From: Neoechinorhynchus agilis
Lineage: Eukaryota; Animalia; Acanthocephala
Assembly (NCBI GenBank): GCA_051530055.1
Contig: CM121343.1
Location: 7,752,152 to 7,816,151 of the forward strand
Length of the DNA stretch: 64,000 nucleotides
Direction of reading: 5' to 3'
Shown here: in pieces, positions 24,001 through 35,437 of the stretch
Layout of the letters: every line of letters starts with the position of its first letter
Position numbering within the stretch: position 1 is the stretch's first letter
Notes under the pieces: generated by a model
The model's input: only the letters and a program-made list of their open reading frames with translations
What the model was told of the DNA's origin: nothing
Databases searched by the model: none
Translations under genes and position numbers: made by a program

Positions 24001-27000
24001 GTGAGTGACGATATTCCCTTCGATCGGCTCTCCACTCTTCGCCTTAATAATCGTTACACACGTTTACTGGAAAAAATGGATGAGGTGCTGGAAGTCGTTC
24101 AATCAGCCTTAAATGAAACATGCAAATCGATGAGTGCATGTGTAGAGGCCCGTATGGTGATCGAGAGATGCAATGAAGAAGTCAAGACCTTGGAGGGAAT
24201 TAGATTATACTTGGTGTCCGCAATACGCTCCGACCAACACGACATTCATACTTTAAAGCGGCGTCATAATTTGGCAAAGGGATTGTCTATCAAAAAAGCC
24301 GTGATTTTAGGAGAGCTTACCCACTTGGTGGCAGATGTAAACAAATCGGTCGCAAGGGTTGATTCTGCCTATTGTGCTATAAGAACATCCCACAACTTAG
24401 TTCCGAAACTTACAGCCGAACGATTAGAGCAGCTTTCCATCAATCCGATCTCGCTCCCACTATCGATAGACAACGATTTGCAATCGCTCATAGCGAAAGA
24501 CGCCCAATTGTGCACTCAATTGCAGTCTTTTTTCCCTAACGTTGAACGTGAAAATCGACATATGCTCAATACAACAGTAAAGCTCGCTGACTTCCTACAA
24601 TGTGTCCCAAAATGCCCATCAGACTATACTGGGTTCGCATCTATTGCTACTCATCTTGATTCGCTTATGTTTTGCTTTGAACAAACTTCACTGCCTCCAT
24701 CCTTACCAGTAGAATTCGATGGTGTATCCAAAATACTGAACCACTATCGGCACACGTGCTTGGCCTACTCAAGAAGCGTCAGTGCCCTTCAAAGTATTTC
24801 TACACAAACGGTGGCACTACCATCGGATGTTAAAGAAGCTCTTTTATCAATCGAGCGTCGTTCTTTGAGTGGTTCATGGCCCCCGAATGAACTGCGTGAT
24901 CTTCAATGGGAAATTGCTCTAGAACAATACGTAGATGTTATGACCAAAGTGATTGAAGAGTGGCGGATAAATGATCACAAGCTCGATAAGATTGCATTTG
25001 ATATATTTGAAAGATGTCTGAAAGTTATCGAGGGACTGAAACAATTGTTAGATTCATCGACCATCAGTGATGTTGTCATGGCAGATTTTGAAGTGCAAAA
25101 CTGGTCAGGTGAATTGAGGGTGATTGAAAAAGAGCGAAATCGAATTTCCGAAAGTCTTTATCGGACAAATGGATCTGCTTCGTATTGCTCTAGTACTCAA
25201 ATATCGTTTCAATTGAAAAAAGATTGTGAACTACTTGATAAGAGAATGGGAGCATTATTGACTTCAAGTAAGTTATTTACACGTTCAATCGCATTTACGT
25301 TTCTCTTTTTAAGAAGTGCCTGAGATGATGTTTGTATTCGATAAAATTACGACGATTCAGTCAATGATCACGGACATCATTGAACTAGCCCAGAACTCAT
25401 TCATTCAGGAAATTCCATTCGATTTTGATGTTCAACGACCGACCATAGCTGATAATTTGACAGTACGTACGCTTTACCCGATTTCGCCATTTTTATTTAA
25501 TCCTCAGATGTACTCCCATGTATACTATTCGAGATACGTTCATGAGTAGGTGCTGGTGGAACTCTGGCCTTATAGCTTGCAGTAGGGATTATTGTGAAAG
25601 TCGGTCTTTTGTTAGATTTTATCACAGTGGGAATAAAGCAATCGAAACTTTAGCAGTTCGGTAATTTCAACAACTACGAATTTGTTTGGTGCAAAATAGC
25701 TTTTTTGCCCCTAACCGTATTTCAACAAATGATAGTCAGCTGTTCATATTTTCGGTCTTAAATGGTTCAGAAGTGTTAGTAATCTCTTCTGATATTCTAG
25801 GTAAAAATCCATGGCACGAAGACGCTTGCTTTTATTGAGCAGAAACTTATAATCGCGAAAATCGAAGCTCTAACAAGTGCATTGCGGATGAATTTTGAGC
25901 ATGGCGATGAGTGGAATACCTATAATTGGAGACTGAAACGACTTTTGGTTGACTGTCTCAATTACATACGCATTGGATATCCTAGCCTATCTTATAGCAT
26001 TCATGAAATCATTGCGGGTGACAAAATGCGTCTGCCGAGTTTCACACCTCGAACTAGTGAAGTGGCTCGCAACGTTGTAACTACAATAATGGATCTAAGT
26101 TGCAAGCGCAAATGCTCGTTGGCATGGATGTGCGGAGCAGATGCCTGCGAAAAGGGAAACCCTCTAAGATTTGAACCAATAACACAAGCAGAGGTCGATG
26201 CAGTTTTTGCAATGAATAAATTCGAAAAGGTATTTTTAAGGGTCGACAATTCATCTTTGCATCCCAGAATAGGTCATAAATCACCATGCAAGTGTTCGGA
26301 GGCGCTTTGAAGAAGCAATAGGAGAACTGAAAAGAAACGAATACAGACTTGAGCAAAAACTGCGGTGGATATCGGGGAGCAGTCGTATTCACGCAAACTT
26401 GGATTCCTTCGTCCTGCAACGAAATGAGCGTTCAAAAATTATAGACTCTTTTATAAAAGCAGACGAGCAAATGAACCGATTCTTCAAAGACCTTATATGG
26501 CTCACTTCAAACAGAAAAATTGTGGATTCCTCCAGCGCGAAGTATTCATTTCAGGGTTATACTCGAACGATCGCAGAAATTGAAAGGAAGCTCCGTGATC
26601 TAAGTATAAAAGTTAATTGCAAGGACTATCTGGTTAGCAAATGTGAGCGTAACTTTATTGCGCTAATTGGTGAATCTTCAGTACCAGATAACTTTACTGA
26701 GGCTTCGATTGACCGTTTTATTAGACAGGTCCACGATTCACTTTCCAGCCTTCGCGCTCAGATCACATTTAGCAGGAAGAGAATCGATAGAGTAAAGTGC
26801 CGAGATCGACTGACTCTAAAAGAAAATCTTATTAATTCTTATAAATTGTTTATGGATACTTTTGAGCCTTTCATGAACTATGCCAAGATATTAATTAGAA
26901 TGGGCGAGCGTAATGAACAACTCCATAGTTTGGTTTCTGCGTATGATGGACACGTAGCGAAAATCGAAGAGATGTGTCTATGGGTCAAAGGAATAGGTGA

Positions 27001-27271
27001 TAGTGAAGAATTCGATTTAAGTCTCGGGGAGTTTTCTCAGTCTGTAAAGCAATTCAAAATGATTGACTTTAGATGCACTATTGACGGTAACCGTTCCCTC
27101 GAAAAAAAAGCGTCACTTCATCTGCTACTCGACAGTCTTAGAACAAGACTCGTTGGGTCCAAATATAATGGTGATGACAGCGTAGTCGATCAGGTGGATG
27201 ATGCAATCGAAACGGCTACAAATATTGACAATCTAAGTATGTTGTACGAAGGATGGATGGCTTGGGTATGA
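18045..27271 (+). CDS. SMG1: SMG1 PIKK-family serine/threonine kinase (nonsense-mediated decay), multi-exon with a ~4.3-kb exon
   Basis: HEAT-like N-terminus, kinase GLGDRHLNNIL...HIDFNVCF...PETVPFRLTQN, a long post-kinase insertion and the SMG1-type FATC ATNIDNLSMLYEGWMAWV*. Start codon and some small exons are uncertain. Confidence 0.93.
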
Positions 27272-27724
27272 CGAAAGGAACACTTTTGGCCGTAATTTAG
27301 TGAAGCGAATGCAGCAAAATGTTCTTGGTGCGGCCGAGGACGTATAATGTGAACGTTTGAAATTCTATTCTGACGTAAATCGATTGCTCATACAAATAAT
27401 TATGAGTGTTGCAGTTAATAACGGGCGTTTCTCTTTTTTGTAAGTTTGTATCCCATGTAGGTCCCTTAAAACTCCGGAATAATCAGAGAGTCCGAAGGAC
27501 ATGACTTATCCGTTAATTTCTTATTGTACGTGGGGGTAATGGACTCTGAATGAAATGATATTGAAATTGGAATTGTAATATAGCGAAACTTCCTATGATA
27601 TCGTCGACGTTTTTAAACTCGCATATATACATTTCTCAATCATTTTTATTGAGGATTACATTCGATTGGTTAGATATGCTGCTATTTTGGTCGCTTGTCA
27701 ACACTCGAGAGGGATCATTGAAGA

Positions 27725-28430
27725 AGAAATATATTTCGACTGATTGAATCAGAGTCCTTTTATCGATTCTATCTAAAATTTCATAAGAATTTGCAACAAA
27801 CACACGACATGATTGTTCTCGTTTTGACCAGGAAACCAGGGAATGTCAACCCCGTAGGTTTATCAGTCGATGGAATTTTCTATTTTCACTACAGAGAACA
27901 CTGGTCTTGTCGAACCCAGTTAAGTGTGTGGTTCTGTGCCCATGATTTAAAATCGCTGAAGTCTTATCGTGATTCGTACTTGTGTTCAAGCAGACGGGTT
28001 TCTTTGAACAGCTCATTGTTTCACCTACGTAGGCCATTTCGCAGTCGTTGCAGGGGATGCAGTAGACTACATCGGAACTATTTTTTAGTTCATATTTTCT
28101 TTTAAAGATGCCCACGATAGTCGGGGTTCTCTTGTAGGCAAACGGGGAATTTCGAATTTCCGAGGGTCCTGCGTAAAAGATTAGAGCAAAAATCATCAAT
28201 AAATCCAGATCAAATGAATGCCACGTCGCTTAGTTTTCAACGATTGGGTCGGAAATATCGCTCCTTCTTACAAACCTGCCGTATCGTCCAATCCGGGTAG
28301 TCTCTTCTTTTTAACATAATCTTAATATTCTCGATCTCACGGTTCCTCTCATGATCAATATTGCAAACCCTGATAGCTCCCCTGAATAACGACTGTGCAG
28401 TGCTTATTTTGAAAGCTTAAAGCGAGTTGG
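27725..28430 (-). mobile_element. Penelope-like element 3' fragment (thumb plus GIY-YIG) with a decayed hammerhead at its end
   Basis: VYCIPCNDCEMAYVGET...SAILNHGHRTTH. At 27726-27767 the minus strand reads gact...agtc-GAAA-UAUAU with a degenerate CUGA box. Confidence 0.8.
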
Positions 28431-28559
28431 TTTTTCATGGTGCGCTTTGCCAATAGATTCCAAGTTTCCGGTATATGGAAGCTTGACAATCTGTTCTCTT
28501 CACACAAACATCGAGGAAAGTTATCGTGTTATTTTTGTTTTCGTAGGAGGTTGACCATT

Positions 28560-29600
28560 GAATTGTCTTATCTTTATTGCCACACACTCAAAATCCGCTC
28601 AGAAACAAATCCACCCAACTCCTACACTTGCCAAGTTCTGCAAACTACATCCCCTTCAAGCTCTTTCAAACAACCATTTCTCTCCATTCTTTTCACTAAC
28701 ATAAGAGGTCTGTCACCAAAAATTGATCATCTTTCACTTTTAGCCACTACCACCAACGCAGACATTCTGGTCATTGTGGAAACATGGCTGCACTCCTTCA
28801 ATTCCGACATCGCCTTAATCCTTGTCTACACGTCTTTCCACTCTTAAATGTCTTACCCTTAACCAAGTGTTTTGAAATCGTCCCCTCAATCCCAAACAGC
28901 CCTTCCGATCAGCCACTTCTTCCTTTTCCAATCAATCATGTCTCCTCTGTCAGGAGTTTGTGTCTCGTGTTAAGAGGGAGGCTACAAGAGGTGAAATAAA
29001 AGTTACTTTAAGGAGACGTGGTCTCGGGCTAAAGGGATTTTTGGAGGGAATGCGCATAACAGTTAATGAGGGAGGAATAGTGGAGTGAATGTCGGGGAAA
29101 GGAATTGATCGATTCTAAGGATTTGGTGGCGGTTTTGTGCATCAGCGGCGGGGGCTTCCGGCATACCAGAAATAAAAATGGTGCGATTTATATCCTTGAA
29201 GGAGGAGTGCACGACACGATGGGTCGAATTCAGGGAGGCGTTCCCAACGAATCTTCGCTTGAGTTTGCAATACTGATGGAATCTACCAAAACCGTATCCT
29301 CCTTCATGGAAGCTACACTAGCCGATTTCTGTAAAACTTTAGCCAGTTTCTTAGAATTCCCTTTGGGAGTTTTTGCCTGCCTCTTTAGACCGCTAGATTT
29401 ATTCTCTTTGTGCTTTTTGATTTCGACTGACTGTTCACTTCTAAGAGCTTCCTTTTCCCACTGAATCCATTAATATATCTTAACTGTACTCATCACTTCA
29501 ATCAATGAACCCTTTAAAGCATCGGTAGCTTGTTCAAAGCACCTTTTAGTGCAGCATCAATAAGCGTAGAATACTTGGCCGATTCTCGTTTTTGCTGTTC
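28560..29600. mobile_element. CR1/L2-like LINE 5' fragment: ORF1 on minus strand, start of APE domain on plus strand
   Basis: Plus strand has ILFTNIRGLSPKIDHL...ADILVIVETWL. Minus strand has RTIFISGMPEAP...RPSLTR, typical of ORF1. Confidence 0.6.
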
Positions 29601-29699
29601 ATTGATTTGAGCAGAGAGTAGACGTTGACGTACGCTGGACACTTAGAAATTCAAACTGCGCCGTTCGCCTATATCACAAGAGAAAGCTGACTATCGCGG

Positions 29700-29830
29700 G
29701 CATATTTAAAAGAAAACCTCTACCGCATCCCCTGCAACGACTGCGAAATGGCCTACCGTCTGCTTGAACACTAGTACGAATCACGATGTGACGATACGAT
29801 TTCAGCCATTTTAAATCATACTCACCAAAC
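29700..29830 (+). mobile_element. Penelope-like GIY-YIG fragment, inverted copy of ~27950-28070
   Basis: gcatcccctgcaacgactgcgaaatggcctac...cgtctgcttgaacac..gtacgaatcacgat is shared with the minus-strand copy. Confidence 0.8.
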
Positions 29831-30049
29831 CGGAGGTTATAATCAACGAGCTACAGTACGTCGTTGACAATGGCACCTCATATGACGATTAGTCCTTGTT
29901 CTGCATCTCAAAAAATCCAATCCCGGCCTTCTTGACTAAGTCGACAGGAATTTTATTACCTAGGAGCACTGCTAGTAAAGAACAATATCGACGTAAAATA
30001 AAAATAGCAGTTTGAGGTTTTCCGATAATATCCAACATTTGCAAATCCA

Positions 30050-30215
30050 ATTCTACTGTCTTCGACAAAATCTTACCAGGATCACTCAGCTGCCGTCCTG
30101 GTGTAACGGTCGAAAGAACGGATGCAGCGCTCCTTGCCGTTGCAAAGCAAGGCTTTTGTTTTGTATGAGGAATGTTCCTGCTCTCGGATCGCCAGTGGTT
30201 CGTTTATAAGGATTT
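30050..30215 (-). mobile_element. CRE 3'-end fragment
   Basis: Colinear with 42770-42900 (ggatcactcagctgccgtc...ggatgcagcg...ctcggatcgccagtg). Confidence 0.8.
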
Positions 30216-30229
30216 TGTCAAAATTAAAA

Positions 30230-30400
30230 GGTTAGCCCCACCAGAACGGACTTTCCAACCCAACCGGATATTCTCAATCGAACGGACACATCCTCACCCG
30301 AACGAACCGTTCCCGACTGGATACCCGAACCCATATTAACGGATGAGGACCCAAAGGTACATGGGTCCTCCCAAACCTTTCTTTGTATTCTCAATAAACG
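30230..30400 (+). mobile_element. Isolated LINE 3'UTR and tail with terminal stem-loop and AATAAA
   Basis: Shares ccagaacggac and tgaggacccaaaggtacatgg with 46290-46410. Hairpin at 30345-30370, AATAAA at 30393. Confidence 0.7.
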
Positions 30401-32190
30401 TAATTCGCACTCATCAGAAGCATAAATTACAATCTTTCAGCAATAACCGCTGTTGATTTTGTTCAAATGAGGTCATCGAAATCGTGAACTTTTGGAAGCC
30501 CAACACAATTAATCAGATCAAAACGAATATTTGTTTCTCCAAGCGTTGTTGAGCTCATTCGGGTTTAGGTCGAAAGGAATGTGTATCGATCTAAACGTAC
30601 TTCTATATCTTTTTCATATACGATATCCATGACATAATTCCACAATAGCAAGGGCCTTTATCATGAATAGCTCAATTTTCAGTTTGAAAAGCTTGTTCAG
30701 TCCGCTTTACTCGCTCATTGTGTGCTGTGAAAATCAGTACTTTCCTGTCCTTATCGTGTAATAATTCATTAAATTTGAATCTCCACGAAGCACACTGCCC
30801 TCCAAGAAAGGTTTTTTTAGTCACACACAGTTAGGAGATTTGCATGAACCAGCGGGCAGCCACTTGTATTTTCTTTTTACCGTAAACTTTATAAAAATAC
30901 ATAGTTACGCAAACAAATTTCAGGAAAAAATGGTGCGCGGTGAACTTATCGTATAAACCGGCAATAATTGTCCTTCTATGAAAAATTATTGACTTGCTTG
31001 TAAACCAGCGGTTTTTAAAACACAATTTGCTCATTAACTGTTTATTTTTGCAGCGGGAAATGATATTGCTGAAGTATTTTAAAAATAGATACGAGTCTTC
31101 AAAATAAAAAGAATTTTAATTATACTCGAAGCATCAATCACTCCCCAGTTTGCCGCCGATGGAGGTCGTGCTCGTAATGCTAATGGATTTCCCTCGCCGG
31201 ACAGCCATGTTTATCCCCGTTATGAGGAAAGTCTTATTCCTATGGTTGCCGGACGTTTTTATAGTGGGACAATCAGACCCACCGATAGATCACAGGGATT
31301 AGTGTCAATGGGCCAGGCTGGATTGTCAAGTAATTTCCTAATAATGGCACCATCGATTGACGAATGATCTTTGAGTAATGATGGAATGTCCCTTCTCGTC
31401 GTGTAAAATTCATAATGATCGTTTTATTGGATCAAAAACCTCTTTTTTCTTCGACTCCGTCCATGGGAACGTTGTAGATATAATGGAAAAGTCCTAAGCA
31501 TACTTGCATTCTCTTGGAGAGCCGAGATTTAAGCAATTCAACCCTAGTCAATGATGTTAGCAAGCGCAAAGCAATCATCCAGGCGGTACGAGTGACTGGA
31601 TTGCATAAGCTATGGATTTGTTGCGCAAGAAAAGCGACTTCTTTCATCGGTTCAACAAAATTAGTTTTTAGTTCAAACACTATTTTGGAGCACGTGTCCT
31701 TTCCTTTAGAACTAAGGAAGGAAAATAGTACGTGAGACCTTGAAACAAACTAATTTCAGGATTATATGGTTTGACATCGAACTTCCCAGTACGAAGAGAG
31801 TAATTTTAAAGATACGATTTAGCCATCTTGAGGACTTTCAAATTTTTTTTGTGCTTTGGTTCCCTACTCTCATTCAAATCAAAATCATTTGGTTTTTATA
31901 AGTTTTCAAACTTTTGTTTTTAATTGAGCGTAATGTCCAAGCAAAAATCGGTGTGTGGTCCGCCGATGCGGTCACCATTCGCCCGATCAGCTCCGGATAA
32001 CCGAAAAGCATCCGGATTGCTTGGTTACATCTAATCAAATTTAGAAACTTGGTTCATATCCACGTCACTTAGTTACGCTCATCAGTGCGATGATTATGTT
32101 TGTAAATGTGCAAATAGTACTACTTGTTTGGCTACTACTACTACCAGCGAATACTGATTTGAACCCGTTCACATTTTACACAATCGATCG

Positions 32191-32736
32191 ATGGTGTTTT
32201 GCGTGATTGTTATATGTTCATTGATAAGTCTAGTCTATGGAGCCAGAGGAAAGGCGCCAGTTGTAAACATAATTTACGATTTTAGTCCGTCTCAAACAAA
32301 TGAGAAACTAATTGCAATAACAGACCTAAAGAATCCTCTAACCGCACCGAGGAACCTTCCTGAAGATACGGCATATACGGAGGAGTTAGAAGCGATCAGG
32401 CCACAAAACTCGATAGTGGACTACATTAAAGTCAAGCTGAATCAATGCATGATGCCCAACGGCAAATGGGTTTCTATATACCCAAGAGAATTTTATTTAC
32501 CGAATATTCAGACTATCATGATGGAACAAATGCAGGCGCGTGATGTGGTGGATGGCAACCCCTTGGAACTGCAAAAAGTCTATTCAGAATCAAGGATTGC
32601 TCCTGCGTGGACATGGACGTCGGATGAGAAGGGCAATTCTGTATGGAAAAAATGTAAATGCCTCATTCCTTGGAAACTTGAAGAACGATACGTATATAAG
32701 CTGAATTTTAATCAGGCTTCCCAAAAAACGACGTGA
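32191..32736 (+). CDS. Intronless 181-aa orphan protein with predicted signal peptide
   Basis: ATG-initiated ORF with a hydrophobic N-terminus ending ...LVYG-A and AATAAA directly after the stop. No family recognised. Confidence 0.65.
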   Translation: MVFCVIVICSLISLVYGARGKAPVVNIIYDFSPSQTNEKLIAITDLKNPLTAPRNLPEDTAYTEELEAIRPQNSIVDYIKVKLNQCMMPNGKWVSIYPREFYLPNIQTIMMEQMQARDVVDGNPLELQKVYSESRIAPAWTWTSDEKGNSVWKKCKCLIPWKLEERYVYKLNFNQASQKTT

Positions 32737-33056
32737 AATAAAATAAATGCATACATAGTGATTTAAGAATCACATCGAACATATAAAAGTTCTGAATGTG
32801 CATTAGCTACAAATACGAATCAAGTTGGGATAATAGAACATGGGACAGACTCTAAGAGCACATAATGAATTCGCTTGGAGTATTAGAGGCAATTCGAGAC
32901 CGAAACCTACCCTTGGGAGAGGAACCGCAAATTTCCATGAACTTGTGTCTTCAGATTTCTAAGTTATTTTTAGGCATGACCACTATTTGTCTGATTTGAG
33001 CAGCCACAGATGATCTGAAGCTTTCTTAGGGGCGGCTTTTCACGAATGGACCTTAT

Positions 33057-33057
33057 C

Positions 33058-33091
<34 letters not shown>

Positions 33092-33170
33092 TCATCTATA
33101 CCAGCTAGGGTCGCTCTGGACATTTAGATGAATCGCGGGCGAAATCGAGCGCATTATTTCAAGGCAAATA
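33057..33170 (-). repeat. (CAA)11 microsatellite, probably the 3' tail of a minus-strand RTE-like fragment
   Basis: caac repeat at 33057-33090. The RTE at 45416 also ends in ...TGTTGTTGT on its coding strand. Confidence 0.55.
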
Positions 33171-33515
33171 TTTAGAAATGATACTTATCCTGGCCGTTTT
33201 TAATCAATAGCGGAGAAAGCAAAGGAGAAACGATAAATCAACATTCGTCTACTCTTTATCGTTTACTCTTTATCATTAATTGCGTTCTACTATTCACGTT
33301 GCATCAAAACACTTCATCGCGTATTGAACACTTAAACAACGCTAAGATCAAGACCCTTCCTTTGCAATGTCCTCCCTAACCTCAATTATAAAATTTTTTT
33401 ATGAAGATTCGCCAGCCGGTAACTTATATCAATGTGTGGCTTTTTATCACACGGCTGATTAAATTCAATGGCCTTGAATTAATAAATATAAAAACTGGCT
33501 GAGTTTGTACATTTC

Positions 33516-33810
33516 GTAGTTGTGTCGAGGTGGTCAAGTGGGCTAATGTCCGCGATCCCGATTAAGGGGCTAGTGGTTCAAATCCGTTACCACCAATGAC
33601 GCACAATCAAAGGGGACGATATATCGCTGAAGGGAGGAAACTCACTGATGAGTCCCGCCTCCTGGAGGTATCTGAGGATCCGGAGGAATGTACAAACTCA
33701 TAACCGTTTGTTTCAGGGTATTAGATGATTTTAAGCGCTTCCCTGGACCGGATCGTTGGGCTGTGTGCCCAAGGAAAATTATCAGCCGTGTGATAGAAAG
33801 GCCACGCATT
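33516..33810 (+). mobile_element. tRNA(Ser/Leu)-derived SINE with a structured central core
   Basis: Head gtagttgtgtcgaggtggtcaag (A box)...ggttcaaatcc (B box) with a long variable arm and a broken acceptor stem. The body is shared with 7351-7560 and the tail with ~44290-44345. Confidence 0.7.
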
Positions 33811-33829
33811 CATATAAAATATTCTTTAA

Positions 33830-34470
33830 CTTCGACAATACAAAAAGAAATTAATTCGAATATCGAATCGTTATCCACGAAGGATAACTCCCATCTTAAA
33901 TATCCTGATTTTCCCGGTTTACAGAAAGTCCCTCAAAATACTTGTTGCCCACAAAACCTTCCTGCTCTTGCTAAATTTTACAACATGTTTAAATCACAAA
34001 TTCGTCGCCTTTAATAAACGTTTAGTGGAGTAGCCTCTAAAATTTGCGCAGTTGATTTTCCCCCGCTCGCCGAATTCATTTATAAGATTTTTATCAAACA
34101 ATCGAAACGCCTCTCAACCCTAGCACCAAATTTTTTTAACACATTTTATTCTCATTTTCACACGAACACAATACTCGCAATCCCAATTCGTTTAATTTTC
34201 CTATACCGCCGTTCCTTTTTCAATACTGCCCGATATTCTCGGCTATCATAACCCGAAATGAACCTGAGGAAAGATGCAACCTCACAAACTCTCCTTCAAA
34301 CAATAACCACCAATTCCAACTCGACCAAATGTTCAAACCCGCCCGGCGGACTCGTTATCCACCCCAAAATCAACGACCGCATTCATTGATCCTATCGGAA
34401 CTCGAGTGTTTATGAGGAACCCAAGTTACGTGGTTCCTATTCTTTGTGCTTTAATTAACTAATAAAGACG
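33830..34470 (+). mobile_element. CR1/L2-like LINE 3' end
   Basis: HNTRNPNSF-type ORF2 C-terminus shared with 45270-45415. 3' hairpin at 34415-34438, followed by AATAAA. Confidence 0.75.
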
Positions 34471-35437
34471 AGTAGCGTAATGTTGCCATAGTCTCCCCTC
34501 CTTTATATTCTCCAAAAGAGGGCACACTTTGTTAATCCACTTCCTAGCTTCTGCTCTAAAGGACCTTCGTATTTGCACCTTCTGTGCAGTCGAAATGTAA
34601 GTGGACATTAAAAAATCTGTTTTTCATATGAAGTTGTGAATCACATTACAACTCGGGCTTATATTGCTGCACGCAGTAAAATTTAAAAATGTTTTTTGAT
34701 TTGATGCCCGAGATTGAAATTTTCATGACGGAAAAATCAAAACATCTTAGCGAGTTTAACGGCCTCCTTTCCCCTTTAAAAGTTATTTACATAAGGGCGG
34801 GCCACGTGAGACAGCTTAACTGGCCGAATGTTGAGCACTGCTGAACTGTACTAAACTTGACTACTCTAAGAAGCATGCAAATAAATTCGCGATATCTCCA
34901 AGCATTTTCTAAAAGTGCAATACAACGTCGAGTTTATGTAATCCCACTTGCAGTTTACATCACTAATTTTCTATAAAATCCAAAGTGCCATCACTCCGAG
35001 AAGAGCGTCATTCCGTTGACTACAGACATCAATTGAAGACCATTTAATTTATAAAAATGGTATTTTAAAGATCGTTTTTGTTTCAATATTAATTTCCTAG
35101 GATTTAAATTGCAAGGAGACTTTAATCGAGAAAAAGAAGGTGAAGACAACCGTTAATTCATAATGATTTCCTTTACGGTGGTAGAATTTTCACATTGATT
35201 TCGACTAAGTTACTTTTAGTGGTTGCATGGCATTTTTCCATGACTACAAAAGCATATTGTACCGCATCCATGTTCGTATATTCCATGGTGCATGGACTAT
35301 CTTGAGGAAGTCTATGTTTGCAAGAACTGCAATCGATCGATCAGCATGTAAAAGTAAATGCACGGAGATGGTAGATTTAGCGGTAAAAAAGTATAACAAA
35401 TTTAGGCTGTGAGTGCAGCGCGCAGGGAATAAATCCT

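Noticed and set aside
30400-30425. Minus-strand CTGATGAgtgcGAAT minimal hammerhead
   Set aside because: It lacks the GAAA/A15.1-U16.1 pair and has no convincing stems I or III.
33516-33596. Functional tRNA-Ser gene
   Set aside because: The acceptor and anticodon stems do not pair and there is no oligo-T terminator. It continues into a repeat body, so it is treated as a SINE head.
33645-33651. CTGATGA read as a canonical hammerhead box or snoRNA C box
   Set aside because: The other copy has CAGGTGA here. The variable bases fall in the loop of an actca/tgagt hairpin, so the heptamer is incidental.
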